Shown piece after piece: positions 1 to 8,749 of a DNA stretch of 56,396 nucleotides. Made by a program: the position numbers and the translations under genes. How positions within the stretch are numbered: position 1 is the first letter of the stretch; each line of letters begins with the position of its first letter. The notes beneath the pieces were generated by a model, which did not search any database, was not told where the DNA came from, and was given only the letters and a program-made list of their open reading frames with translations. The stretch covers positions 1 through 56,396 of the forward strand of contig CALIBN010000028.1 of assembly GCA_938045545.1 (NCBI GenBank), given 5' to 3'. This DNA is from an uncultured archaeon (GTDB taxonomy: Archaea; Thermoproteota; EX4484-205; JAAOZP01).

Positions 1-1248
1 CGTCGCCGAGGGCTGGGGTGAAACGCCCCTGAGCGTGCAGTGGGCTTGGCCGAGCAGAATCTCCTACGAGGAGCGCCACGAGACGCTTAAGCAGTTTTGC
101 ATAATGCTGACAGAGGCCTGGGCCTCCTTCAGGGAATGGGGACATCCCCTGGAGATCGGCCATCTCTTCCAAGAGGGAGTCCTGCCAAAGCTATGGAGGA
201 AGATGAATGCTAAACGTGCTGATAGTGAACCGATGCCCTGGCTGCACTGGTCTGCTGCTCAGCCTTCGACATAGCCCTCCACGTTGCCTACGGCATGCTC
301 CACCGTAAGCCGATATACGAGCTCTATGGCCCACCCTTCATGAATTACGACCTTAGCCATTACCTGAAGCCGGCCGAGGACACAGCTGTTTCCTTCGAAG
401 GCCGGTACCCACGGGATTATCTGGTCTTCCCGCGACCCGACAAGCTCCCGGCTTGGCATCTGGTCGGCGGGTTAGACCCTCTCGCCCCCGCTGACCTCAG
501 GGGAGACGAGCCGAGTGACGGCTACCCTGTACTTCTTGAAGACTGGATCGACCGCGATGGATTGAAATGCCTCAAGGTGAAGCTGCGCGGCGATGATGCA
601 GCTTGGGACTACTCCCGACTCATGCGGGTGGGCGAGATTGCCCTACGGAAGGATGTTTACTGGCTCACCGCCGATTTCAACTGCACCGTTACCGATCCTG
701 CCTACGTGAACGATATCTTGGATCGCTTGCACGACGAGCATCCACGTATTTATGGAATGATCCTCTATGTGGAACAGCCTTTTCCATATGATCTCGAACG
801 GAACCAGATCGACGTGCATAGCGTCTCAGCACGTAAACCACTTTTCATGGATGAGAGCGCTCACGATTGGCGACTGATCCGTCTAGGTCGTAAGCTCGGC
901 TGGTCGGGAGTTGCACTGAAGACCTGTAAAACCCAGACCGGTGCGCTGCTAAGCCTTTGCTGGGCCAAGGCCCATGGCATGGCTCTGATGGTGCAAGATT
1001 TAACGAATCCCATGCTAGCCCAGATCCCTCATGTACTCCTAGCTGCACATGCCGGCACAATCATGGGTGTGGAGACCAATAGCATGCAGTTCTACCCCGA
1101 CGCCTCGCTACCAGAGGAAGCAGTACATCCCGGTCTTTAACGGCGTCGCAATGGGCAGGTTGACCTCTCGACCCTTAGGGGCCCTGGCTTCGGATACCGC
1201 CTAGACGAGATGCGTCGTGAATTACCCCCACCGACTGTGGTCCTCTAA
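1..1248 (+). pseudogene. Enolase-superfamily (mandelate racemase/muconate lactonizing-like) dehydratase, disrupted; 5' end lies outside the window
   Basis: Frame 2 reads VAEGWGETPLSVQWAW...MPWL, then shifts at ~244 to ALVCCSAFDIALHVAYGMLHRK (ORF 295-1140). That ORF has the KxK motif (LKVKLRG) and metal ligands in ADFN, YVEQP and FMDES. After TAA at 1138-1140 the frame continues RRRNGQVDLSTLRGPGFGY to TAA at 1246-1248. The DNA is visibly more GC-rich than the rest of the window. Confidence 0.75.
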
Positions 1249-1414
1249 TACAGGCGACGAGAATGATTATCGTCATTAAGCCGTTATTGAGTAGAAAAGT
1301 CGGTGGAAGCAGCCAACCCGATCTTGCGTGATATCCCCCTTCACAAGTTATTCTTGCTCATAAAGCTTGTCAAAAAGAAAACAGAGCCAAATTCTTTGAT
1401 TCGATTGTTAACCT

Positions 1415-1780
1415 CTACGACTTCAATCTGCGCTTTTGCTTTATCCATTTCCCGATTGCCTCTGACATTGCTTTTAAGTTTGAATTTGGGCATGTCGGAG
1501 AAATTGCACAACCAAGGGTTATAATATCTACTCCGGCTTCAAGGTTTTCGATCACTTGTCTCTCTATGACCTCTGGCTTTGCTGTCAGCAAGTCGGTTGT
1601 GTTAACGTTCCCCATGATCCTGAACTTTCCTTTGGATAGCTCCCTCATACCTTAGGCTTAATCGCCCAGTCGAAGTTAAAGCAGGCAAGCCCTATCTCGC
1701 TGAGTAAATGCAACCTCGGGGTGATATCCCCGCATGATCGTCAGGCCTTTAATACTCCTTATCATCCTCCTATACCTTTG
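1415..1780 (-). pseudogene. C-terminal remnant of an MtaA/CmuA-type (URO-D fold) methylcobamide methyltransferase
   Basis: Three consecutive frames read YRRMIRSIKGLTIM / CGDITPRLHLLSEIGLACFNFDWAIKPKV / MRELSKGKFRIMGNVNTTDLL...VDIITLGCAISPTCPNSNLKAM. This matches the (H-x)-C-G ... GNV ... GC layout of the MtaA family. The upstream boundary is approximate. Confidence 0.65.
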
Positions 1781-1928
1781 AATTCTTCTAACATCTCTCT
1801 TCAGTTGGTCTGCGCTTTCCAGCAACTTTTTGTCCATTTCCTTCAAAGTGCTTCCAACTCTCTCATTGAAATAGGTACTAGCATGCTCAGAAATCAATTT
1901 TAGTGTTTGACCAATGATTAGTCAATTC

Positions 1929-1935
1929 TTAAATA
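1929..1935 (+). promoter_or_regulatory. Archaeal TATA box (TTAAATA) for the 1961 gene
   Basis: TTAAATA ends 26 nt upstream of the ATG at 1961; this spacing recurs across the window. Confidence 0.55.
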
Positions 1936-1960
1936 TCTGTTTGAGGGTTTATAGAAAGCC

Positions 1961-2983
1961 ATGTCCCTCAGAGTGGCAGTCTATGGGTTGGGTCAAATAG
2001 GGATGCTTATAGCCAGAAAAGTTTTCGAAAGGGAAGGCCTTGAACTCGTGGCTGCTTTAGAGGTAGATCCTTCTAAAATAGGCAGGGATGTCGGCGAAGT
2101 GGCTAATATGGGGGAGAGGACTGGCGTAATCGTTTCAGGAGAGTCTGAGGCAACCGAAATTCTGAGGGGAAGCGGAGCCGACGTTGTCCTTCACGCAACC
2201 TCCTCCTTCCTGGATAAAATATATCCGCAGATCGTTAAATGCGTTGAAGCAGGGATTGATTTAATCTCGACTTCAGAAACATTGGCAAACCCTTGGTATC
2301 GCTACCCTCAGCTCGCCTCGAAGATAGACAGGATGGCCAAGGAAAACAATGTTTCAATCATAGGTGCTGGTATAAATCCCGGGTTTGTTTTCGACGCTCT
2401 GCCTATACTAATGACATTAGTCTGCACAAGAATAGACTATTTAAGGGTCACAAGGTCTTTAGACACCGGGAAAAGAAGGCTTTCTTTCCAGAAGAAATAC
2501 GGACTCGCCTTGAGCGTTGACGAGTTTAAGCGTAAAATGGACAGCGGCGAGATAACGGCACACGTAGGATACGGGGAATCCGTCGACCTCATCGCAACTG
2601 CACTGGGGGTAAAGCTGACTAGAATAGCCGAGAGACAGGAACCGATAGTCGCGGAGAAACCGTTGAAAACGCAATACTTTGAAATAATGCCTGGAAGGGT
2701 CTCCGGGGTACACGGCTATGGAATCGGCTATGCAGGAGGAAAAGAGTTAATCAGGGTCGAGCTGCTAGCTGAAGCCGGTAGAGAGGAGTTTGAAGAAGTA
2801 ATCATCGAAGGAGAACCGCCAGTGAAGTGGAGGAGCACCGGTATTTCCGGCGACACTGCTACTGCTGCAGTAATAATTAACCTTATTCCGAAGGTTTTAG
2901 AGGCCAGACCAGGCTTGCTGAGAATAACGGATATCCCCTTGCCATCTGCCTTCTTAACTTTAAAAAACAGATTAAACGGTTGA
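1961..2983 (+). CDS. NAD(P)-dependent amine dehydrogenase of the 2,4-diaminopentanoate dehydrogenase (Ord)/DapB-like family
   Basis: 340 aa with a Rossmann motif VYGLGQIG, plus GADVVLHATSS, GAGINPGF, HVGYGES and GDTATAA, typical of Ord-like enzymes. Confidence 0.75.
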   Translation: MSLRVAVYGLGQIGMLIARKVFEREGLELVAALEVDPSKIGRDVGEVANMGERTGVIVSGESEATEILRGSGADVVLHATSSFLDKIYPQIVKCVEAGIDLISTSETLANPWYRYPQLASKIDRMAKENNVSIIGAGINPGFVFDALPILMTLVCTRIDYLRVTRSLDTGKRRLSFQKKYGLALSVDEFKRKMDSGEITAHVGYGESVDLIATALGVKLTRIAERQEPIVAEKPLKTQYFEIMPGRVSGVHGYGIGYAGGKELIRVELLAEAGREEFEEVIIEGEPPVKWRSTGISGDTATAAVIINLIPKVLEARPGLLRITDIPLPSAFLTLKNRLNG

Positions 2984-4290
2984 ATTTGAAGATGAGCTAC
3001 TGGGAGAGAACGAGAAAATCCAGAGAACTCTTTGAAAAGGCGAAGAAACATATTCCCGGCGGGTCTTCCTACTCAATAAGGTATTTTGAGCCGTATCCTT
3101 TCTACGTCAGCCGGGCTGAAGGCAGCAGGATCTGGGATGTCGACGGTAATGAATACATCGACTTCTGGATGGTTCATTTCGCAGCCATACTTGGACACGG
3201 CTATAAACCGGTAATCGAAGCCGTGAGAGAACAGCTCGAATACGGCGCGCACTTCGGATGGTGCAACGAATGGGAGGCGAAGTGGGCGGAGGCAGTGTGC
3301 AGATGGTTCGAAATGGATATGGTTAAGCCGGCTAACAGCGGGACTGAGGCTAACATGTATGCGGTTAGGCTTGCGAGAGCCTACACTGGAAGAAGGAAAA
3401 TCGGGAAGATGGAAGGGGGATGGCATGGAGGATACGATGGATTACACAGGGCGGTTAACTACCCTTATGATAAACCGTCCTCACTAGGCTTAACCTGCGT
3501 TGAAAACATTGTTCCACTGCCATTCAACGATCTTGAGACGACGATAAGAATAGCGGAGAGGGAGGAGCTGGCGGGCATAATCTTGGAACCAGTTCTCGGA
3601 TCAGCAGGAGTTATACCTGCGAGCGAAGAATACTTGAAGGGCATTAGAGAGTTCTGCAGCAGAAGAAACATAGTATTAATATTCGACGAGGTTATCACCG
3701 GATTTAGGCATCCTGGAGGAATGCAGAAGTATTTTAAAGTCAAGCCGGACATTATAACCCTTGGTAAAACTGGTGGGGGACAGTATTTCGCTGGGGCAGG
3801 AGGAATATGTGGAGTAGCTGAGATAATGAGTCTACTCGACCAGATTGAGAGGCCTGAGTTTTGGAACCGGTCATTCCACGGAGGAACATATGTCGGCAAC
3901 GCTTTAACGATGCGCGCCGGGTACGTTACAATAAACGTGCTCGACAAGAAGCGTGAAGAGATATATTCCTACATTAATTCTCTCGGAGAATATGGTAGAA
4001 GAAGGATTATGGAGGTTCTTAAAGATAGCAGGTTTGAAGCCCATGTCACGGGATTACTATCCATGATCGGATTACATTTTACAGAGGAAAAGCCGGTGAA
4101 CGGGTTGACAGCGGAAAAAACTAAGAATAGAGAGTTGAGTAGAAAACTATTCAACCATATGCTGCAGAGGGGGATAGCGTATCAAAGACCTGAGACCCCG
4201 CACTTCGCCGTCTCCACGGCTCACACAATGGATGAGGTGGAAAGACTCGCACAAGAGTTGGAGACATTTATTAACACACGGGGGAAATAG
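2980..4290 (+). CDS. Class III PLP aminotransferase, glutamate-1-semialdehyde aminomutase (HemL)-like
   Basis: Motifs AEGSRIWDVDGNEYID, NSGTEANMYAVRLARAYTGR, FDEVITGFR, LGK (PLP lysine) and HGGTY. The TTG start overlaps the upstream stop; alternative ATG at 2992. Confidence 0.85.
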   Translation: MNLKMSYWERTRKSRELFEKAKKHIPGGSSYSIRYFEPYPFYVSRAEGSRIWDVDGNEYIDFWMVHFAAILGHGYKPVIEAVREQLEYGAHFGWCNEWEAKWAEAVCRWFEMDMVKPANSGTEANMYAVRLARAYTGRRKIGKMEGGWHGGYDGLHRAVNYPYDKPSSLGLTCVENIVPLPFNDLETTIRIAEREELAGIILEPVLGSAGVIPASEEYLKGIREFCSRRNIVLIFDEVITGFRHPGGMQKYFKVKPDIITLGKTGGGQYFAGAGGICGVAEIMSLLDQIERPEFWNRSFHGGTYVGNALTMRAGYVTINVLDKKREEIYSYINSLGEYGRRRIMEVLKDSRFEAHVTGLLSMIGLHFTEEKPVNGLTAEKTKNRELSRKLFNHMLQRGIAYQRPETPHFAVSTAHTMDEVERLAQELETFINTRGK

Positions 4291-4358
4291 ATTTCAATAG
4301 TTGGAGAGACATGTCTCAACAATATTCTTAGCGTGAGAACGTATAGCAAGCATTGAAA

Positions 4359-5171
4359 TCAAGGATTCTCTGAACTGTTTACGCAAGCATCTATAAAGTC
4401 TTTGGAGGTTGTCGACCAAGCATACTTAGTCTCTATCTCTTGAATAAATATTCTTGTCGCCAGGAGCCGTTCAATAGTATCGTGGGCTTCAATTGCCGCG
4501 GTGCAATCCCTTAAAAGCATAATGTTGTATCCCATTTCACTCATAGCCCTGACCCCGTAATCCCTATGTTGCAGACACATGTTGGTGGCGAAACCCGCGT
4601 AGAAAAGATGAAGTTTCCTCAGTTTCTTAAGTATTCTGTGCAATTGTCTTCCAGACCTTACGACATAGTCATCCGGCTGAGGCGTAAGAGGCTCCGCTAT
4701 CGTCAGTTTCTCCCTGTATACTTGCTCCCAGGTTTCACGGGGAGGTGAAAAACCCCTATTGAAAATGGAGAAAATCCCAACCCTTTCGGTGAACTCTCTG
4801 GGAGGCCATTCGGGGTCTACGGAGGCGTATGTCGGGAAGTGTTCCTCATCCCCTCTTTCGAAGCACCAGGATGATTGAGGGTATTTTTCAGCAACGTTCG
4901 ACGATGGAGCATGTATCACTGTTACGCCGGTTCTCCTAGCGGCATCCACTACGGGAACGATCTTTTCCTCAATTATTTTTCGCGATCTCGAAAGGTAGCT
5001 TTCACAGTAATGGATGTTCCAACAATCCACCAGGATTAGAGCGCTTTCAACAACAGGTATTTCAAGAAGTTCCTCAACGTAATGAAAGTCTTTCTCCAGG
5101 CACCCGTACGGCTTCTCCTCAAGGTAAAGCCTATAATACCTAGCTGGGATTTTTAACACGGGTTTTTGCAT
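4359..5171 (-). CDS. Isochorismatase/cysteine hydrolase family protein
   Basis: Motifs ALILVDCWN, VIHAPS, AGFATNMC and LLRDCT. Start moved to ATG 5171 because a BRE/TATA-like AAAAGGATTTAAA lies ~25 nt upstream; the ORF track starts at 5312. Confidence 0.75.
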   Translation of the reverse strand: MQKPVLKIPARYYRLYLEEKPYGCLEKDFHYVEELLEIPVVESALILVDCWNIHYCESYLSRSRKIIEEKIVPVVDAARRTGVTVIHAPSSNVAEKYPQSSWCFERGDEEHFPTYASVDPEWPPREFTERVGIFSIFNRGFSPPRETWEQVYREKLTIAEPLTPQPDDYVVRSGRQLHRILKKLRKLHLFYAGFATNMCLQHRDYGVRAMSEMGYNIMLLRDCTAAIEAHDTIERLLATRIFIQEIETKYAWSTTSKDFIDACVNSSENP

Positions 5172-5296
5172 AGGGATGTCTTGAAAAGCGAGTTTAAATC
5201 CTTTTCGCATCATTAAAAGCACGTATCCTTCAAACCGTTTAATGAAGGCTTTAGAAGAACGAGAAAAACTTAAAACCGTAAATGTTCGGTATAAAT

Positions 5297-5860
5297 ATGA
5301 AGATGAATTCAAAACTGATCAGCAGGGATGGCTCGGCATTGCTGATCGTCGACGTGCAGGAGAAGCTTTTTCCCCTAATGAATAGAAGGGAAGACATGCT
5401 AAGAAACATTTTGAAACTAATAAGGTTTTGCAAAAAATGCGGAATACCCATCATAGTGACCGAGCAGTACCCTAAGGGGCTCGGAAGAACGGTGCAAGAA
5501 ATAAGGAGCGAACTTGGGGACATTAAGCCTATTGAGAAGACGAGTTTCAGCTGTTTCGGCTCTCAAGAATTCAGGAACACCGTGAGAAGGATGAGGGTAA
5601 AAACTCTAATAATTACAGGCATAGAGGCACACGTCTGCATAATGCAGACGGCTCTTGAAACCCCTAGGAAAATAAGAGCCTGCGTCGTGGCTGACGCGAT
5701 CGCCTCCCACTCGATTGAAAACACCAATCTTGCTTTGCAAAGGATGAGGGATTCCGGCATCATAATTTCTTCAACAGAAATGGTGATGTATGAATTGCTA
5801 AGGGATTCTAAAATAAGAATGTTTAAGGAAGTAAGGGATCTCTTAAAATACAAGTCGTAG
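5297..5860 (+). CDS. Isochorismatase family hydrolase (YcaC/ISOC-like)
   Basis: Catalytic triad motifs LLIVDVQEKL, IEKTSFSC and GIEAHVC, plus TEQYPKGLG. Start is uncertain (5282, 5297 or 5303). Confidence 0.85.
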   Translation: MKMNSKLISRDGSALLIVDVQEKLFPLMNRREDMLRNILKLIRFCKKCGIPIIVTEQYPKGLGRTVQEIRSELGDIKPIEKTSFSCFGSQEFRNTVRRMRVKTLIITGIEAHVCIMQTALETPRKIRACVVADAIASHSIENTNLALQRMRDSGIIISSTEMVMYELLRDSKIRMFKEVRDLLKYKS

Positions 5861-5933
5861 TCTTTAGCATGCACTATCTTGATCGAACCGCAAACCGTTA
5901 ATCTTAACTAGAAGGATAAAGCTTCAATCAACT

Positions 5934-6674
5934 ATGCATGCAGATAAAGGGCTGATAGTGGATGCTAACACTGTCTTCGGAGCATATCCCAAGAGGAAAA
6001 CAGATGTATCGCTCAAAAACCTCCTGAGGACGATGGATCTTAACGGAATTGAAAAAGCCCTTACAGTCTCCCTAAAAGGAGCTTTCTATAGCTATGAGGA
6101 AGGAAATGAGGAAACCCTTAAAGCATGCAACGCGGACAAGAGGCTTATTCCCCTGGCTACAGTTGACCCCAGAAGGTTTTTAGGCGATGCTGGAGAGATT
6201 GAAAACCTTGTTAGACGCGGTTTTAAAGGCATCAGGCTTTTCAAGGATTTTCAAGGCTACCCGCTCGACTATTCTCCAGTAATCGAAATCGTTGAAAGCA
6301 TGGAAGGGTTGGGAGTACCTCTTCTTGTTCCCTGCAACGAATATGGGTGTATAACACTTCTGTCAAGGCTTACTGTGGAGAAGGATTATCCAGTAATAGT
6401 TCTCGGATGTACATATTCTTTTCTAAGCGAGTTCATAGTTTCAGCGAGGAGAAACAGGAACCTGTATGTTGAAACCCGTCTTCTAACCTCTTCCGACGCT
6501 ATTGAGATTCTTGTGGAAAAAATCGGGGCCAGCAGGCTCATATTCGGCTCCGGGATACCTCTCGAATACTTTCAGGCCTCCTACAGGATGGTTGAATCAG
6601 CCAAAATCCGGGAAGAAGACAGAGACTTGATTCTCGGCGGAAACATTCTCAGGATTATCAGGGAGGCTGGTTAA
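5934..6674 (+). CDS. Amidohydrolase_2 TIM-barrel protein lacking the canonical metal ligands
   Basis: Fold motifs (GN...ATVDP, GFKGIRLF, NLYVET, GASRLIFGS) are present, but VDANT replaces the DxHxH motif and FGSG replaces FGSD. Confidence 0.75.
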   Translation: MHADKGLIVDANTVFGAYPKRKTDVSLKNLLRTMDLNGIEKALTVSLKGAFYSYEEGNEETLKACNADKRLIPLATVDPRRFLGDAGEIENLVRRGFKGIRLFKDFQGYPLDYSPVIEIVESMEGLGVPLLVPCNEYGCITLLSRLTVEKDYPVIVLGCTYSFLSEFIVSARRNRNLYVETRLLTSSDAIEILVEKIGASRLIFGSGIPLEYFQASYRMVESAKIREEDRDLILGGNILRIIREAG

Positions 6675-6675
6675 C

Positions 6676-7428
6676 ATGCCTATTGTAGACGTGCATGCCC
6701 ACTACGGTGAATGGTTCTTCCCCATTTACAAGTCGGCGAAAAAGGATATAGAGGAGATGATGAACATCCACGGTATTGAAAAAGCCATCTTGTCCTCTAG
6801 CAAAGCAATAATGTACGACATGGTGGAGGGAAACATGGATTTAAGCAGGATCCTCGATTCAAACAAAGGCTTATATGGATACGTGTATGTTAATCCGAAT
6901 TATCCTGAGCTTTCTAAGGCCGAGGTTGAGAAGTATCTTGGCAACCCGCTTTTTAAAGGTGTTGGCGAAATACATCCAGACTACACAGGTGTTTCAGTAG
7001 ACACGGATGAAAGTTTCTCGGTAATAAGAGAGGCAGCCGAATATCAGAAGCCGTTTCTAATACATACTTACAGTTTGGAAAACGTGAGGGCACTTGTCGA
7101 ACTCGCTAAAAAGTTTCCTGACAACATATTCATAGCTGGACACATGGGCGGAACAGTCTGGTCTGGAACCGGGTTGAGCTGGAAGAAGGCGATAGACGCT
7201 GCTAAAGAGTATTCAAACATTTATTTAGAGATATGTATGACTCTTTTTGAAAAAGGGAAGCTTGAGGAAGCTGTTGACAAAGCAGGTGCCGACAAAATCA
7301 TGTTCGGCAGTGACCTAACATTGTTAAACCCTGCCCATATGATCGGCATGGTGCTAGGTGCAGAGATCTCGAGGAGCGATAGAGAAAAAATATTCTATTT
7401 AAATGCTAAAAGGGTTTTCAGGCTTTAG
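6676..7428 (+). CDS. Amidohydrolase_2 family metal-dependent hydrolase
   Basis: Motifs IVDVHAH, GEIHP, LIHT, AGHMGG, MFGSD and NAKRVF; starts after a 1-nt gap from the previous stop. Confidence 0.85.
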   Translation: MPIVDVHAHYGEWFFPIYKSAKKDIEEMMNIHGIEKAILSSSKAIMYDMVEGNMDLSRILDSNKGLYGYVYVNPNYPELSKAEVEKYLGNPLFKGVGEIHPDYTGVSVDTDESFSVIREAAEYQKPFLIHTYSLENVRALVELAKKFPDNIFIAGHMGGTVWSGTGLSWKKAIDAAKEYSNIYLEICMTLFEKGKLEEAVDKAGADKIMFGSDLTLLNPAHMIGMVLGAEISRSDREKIFYLNAKRVFRL

Positions 7429-8662
7429 GATTCACCCTGTAATAGCCGGCCACCTTGCTTATTGCCCTGAATATGTCGTTAACATCCTCGTCAGTGTAAA
7501 ACTCGTTCACAGGTATTGTTATCAGTTCCCTAAGGACCTTCTCCGCATTTGGGCATTCTCCCTCCCTATACTGGATCCTCCTGTTGTAGCGCGGACAGTC
7601 AAATGGGCAATGCGAGGAGCCATACGTAGCCTGATCCTTAAGGATTCTGAACATGTAGAGTGGCCTCTTAATGTATCCTGTGGAAGCCGGTATCCCTTCT
7701 GCTGAAACAGCTTTAGCAAACTCCTCCGGAGTAGTCTTAATGATTCCAGTGTCGATTGTTAAAGGGTAAAGCCAGTATGAATGCTTTGCCCAGGGCAGGA
7801 TTTTCGGAGGATTCACTCCCTCAACCTCGCTTAAAAGCTTTGTTAAAGTATCTCCCACCCTTCTCCTCCTGGCAACAATTTCCCGCACCTTTCGCAACTG
7901 GGCTAGTGCCACGGCCCCCTGGAGTTCAGTCATCCTGTAATTCATAGCCAGGAAAAGATAACCCCTGTCACCTGCCTGACCCCTAGGCCAAGCCTTATCC
8001 GCGAATAAACGTGCCCTTTCAGCAAGCTCATCATTATCCGTAATAGTTATTCCACCGTCTCCACACGTCATCTGCTTTGACTGCTGGAGGCTGAAGCAGC
8101 CAAGATCACCCATTGTTCCCGCTAGCCTACCCTTATACTCTGCCAAATGGGCTTGAGAAGCATCTTCAATCAAATAGAGCCCGTGCTCCCTGCAGATTTT
8201 CACAAGCGGATCCATGTCGCAACATTGGCCGAAGAGATGTATAGCGATGACCGCAACAGTCCTGTCGGTTATTTTTCTCTCCACGTCTTCAGGATCCAAC
8301 CCGTAGGTTTCAGGGTCGATATCGGCGAAAACAGGTATACAGTTCTGCCAGAGAATTGGAACTATGCTCCCAATATCGCTTATAGGGCCGGTTATTATCT
8401 CTGAGCAGGGTTCAGGGTTAATCGCTCCTAAAGCAACGTGGATAGAGGCTGTTCCAGAGGTCGAGGCAACACCATGCTTGGCCCCGTAGAGCTTTGCAAA
8501 CTCCTTTTCGAATGTTGAAACCTTCGTCCCGCCCACCCTGTTTAGATTGCCGGACCAGATTACGTCAACAAGCTCCTTCATCTCCTCGCTTCCAATATCC
8601 CTCCTGCTTGGAAGCTCTTTCAACCTGGTTCTTGGACCACCGTTAATGGCTAATTCTTCCAT
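7418..8662 (-). CDS. DegT/DnrJ/EryC1/StrS family sugar aminotransferase
   Basis: Motifs STSGTASIH, IEDASQAH, CFSLQQSKQMTCGDGG (PLP lysine) and NYRMTELQGAV. Confidence 0.9.
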   Translation of the reverse strand: MEELAINGGPRTRLKELPSRRDIGSEEMKELVDVIWSGNLNRVGGTKVSTFEKEFAKLYGAKHGVASTSGTASIHVALGAINPEPCSEIITGPISDIGSIVPILWQNCIPVFADIDPETYGLDPEDVERKITDRTVAVIAIHLFGQCCDMDPLVKICREHGLYLIEDASQAHLAEYKGRLAGTMGDLGCFSLQQSKQMTCGDGGITITDNDELAERARLFADKAWPRGQAGDRGYLFLAMNYRMTELQGAVALAQLRKVREIVARRRRVGDTLTKLLSEVEGVNPPKILPWAKHSYWLYPLTIDTGIIKTTPEEFAKAVSAEGIPASTGYIKRPLYMFRILKDQATYGSSHCPFDCPRYNRRIQYREGECPNAEKVLRELITIPVNEFYTDEDVNDIFRAISKVAGYYRVNPKA

Positions 8663-8749
8663 CTAGGATAATTCCAATTCTCCTATTCTATTAAAGGTTT
8701 TCCAACCCGTAGGAATCTTTATTAACCGAGGTTCTTCAGGCTTCGAAGC

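Noticed and set aside
1138-1140. In-frame TAA in the enolase-like gene as possible recoding or readthrough
   Set aside because: TAA is not a Sec or Pyl codon, the same gene also has a frameshift, and other genes in the window end normally at TAA. A nonsense mutation is the simpler explanation.
1676-1897. 73-aa ORF as an independent gene
   Set aside because: Its 3' part is explained by the MtaA remnant and the 5' part has no recognisable motif.
2980-4290. Assigning hemL, and hemE for the URO-D genes, as a heme pathway
   Set aside because: No hemA/B/C/D genes are in the window and the URO-D proteins lack recognisable HemE motifs, so only fold-level calls are supported.
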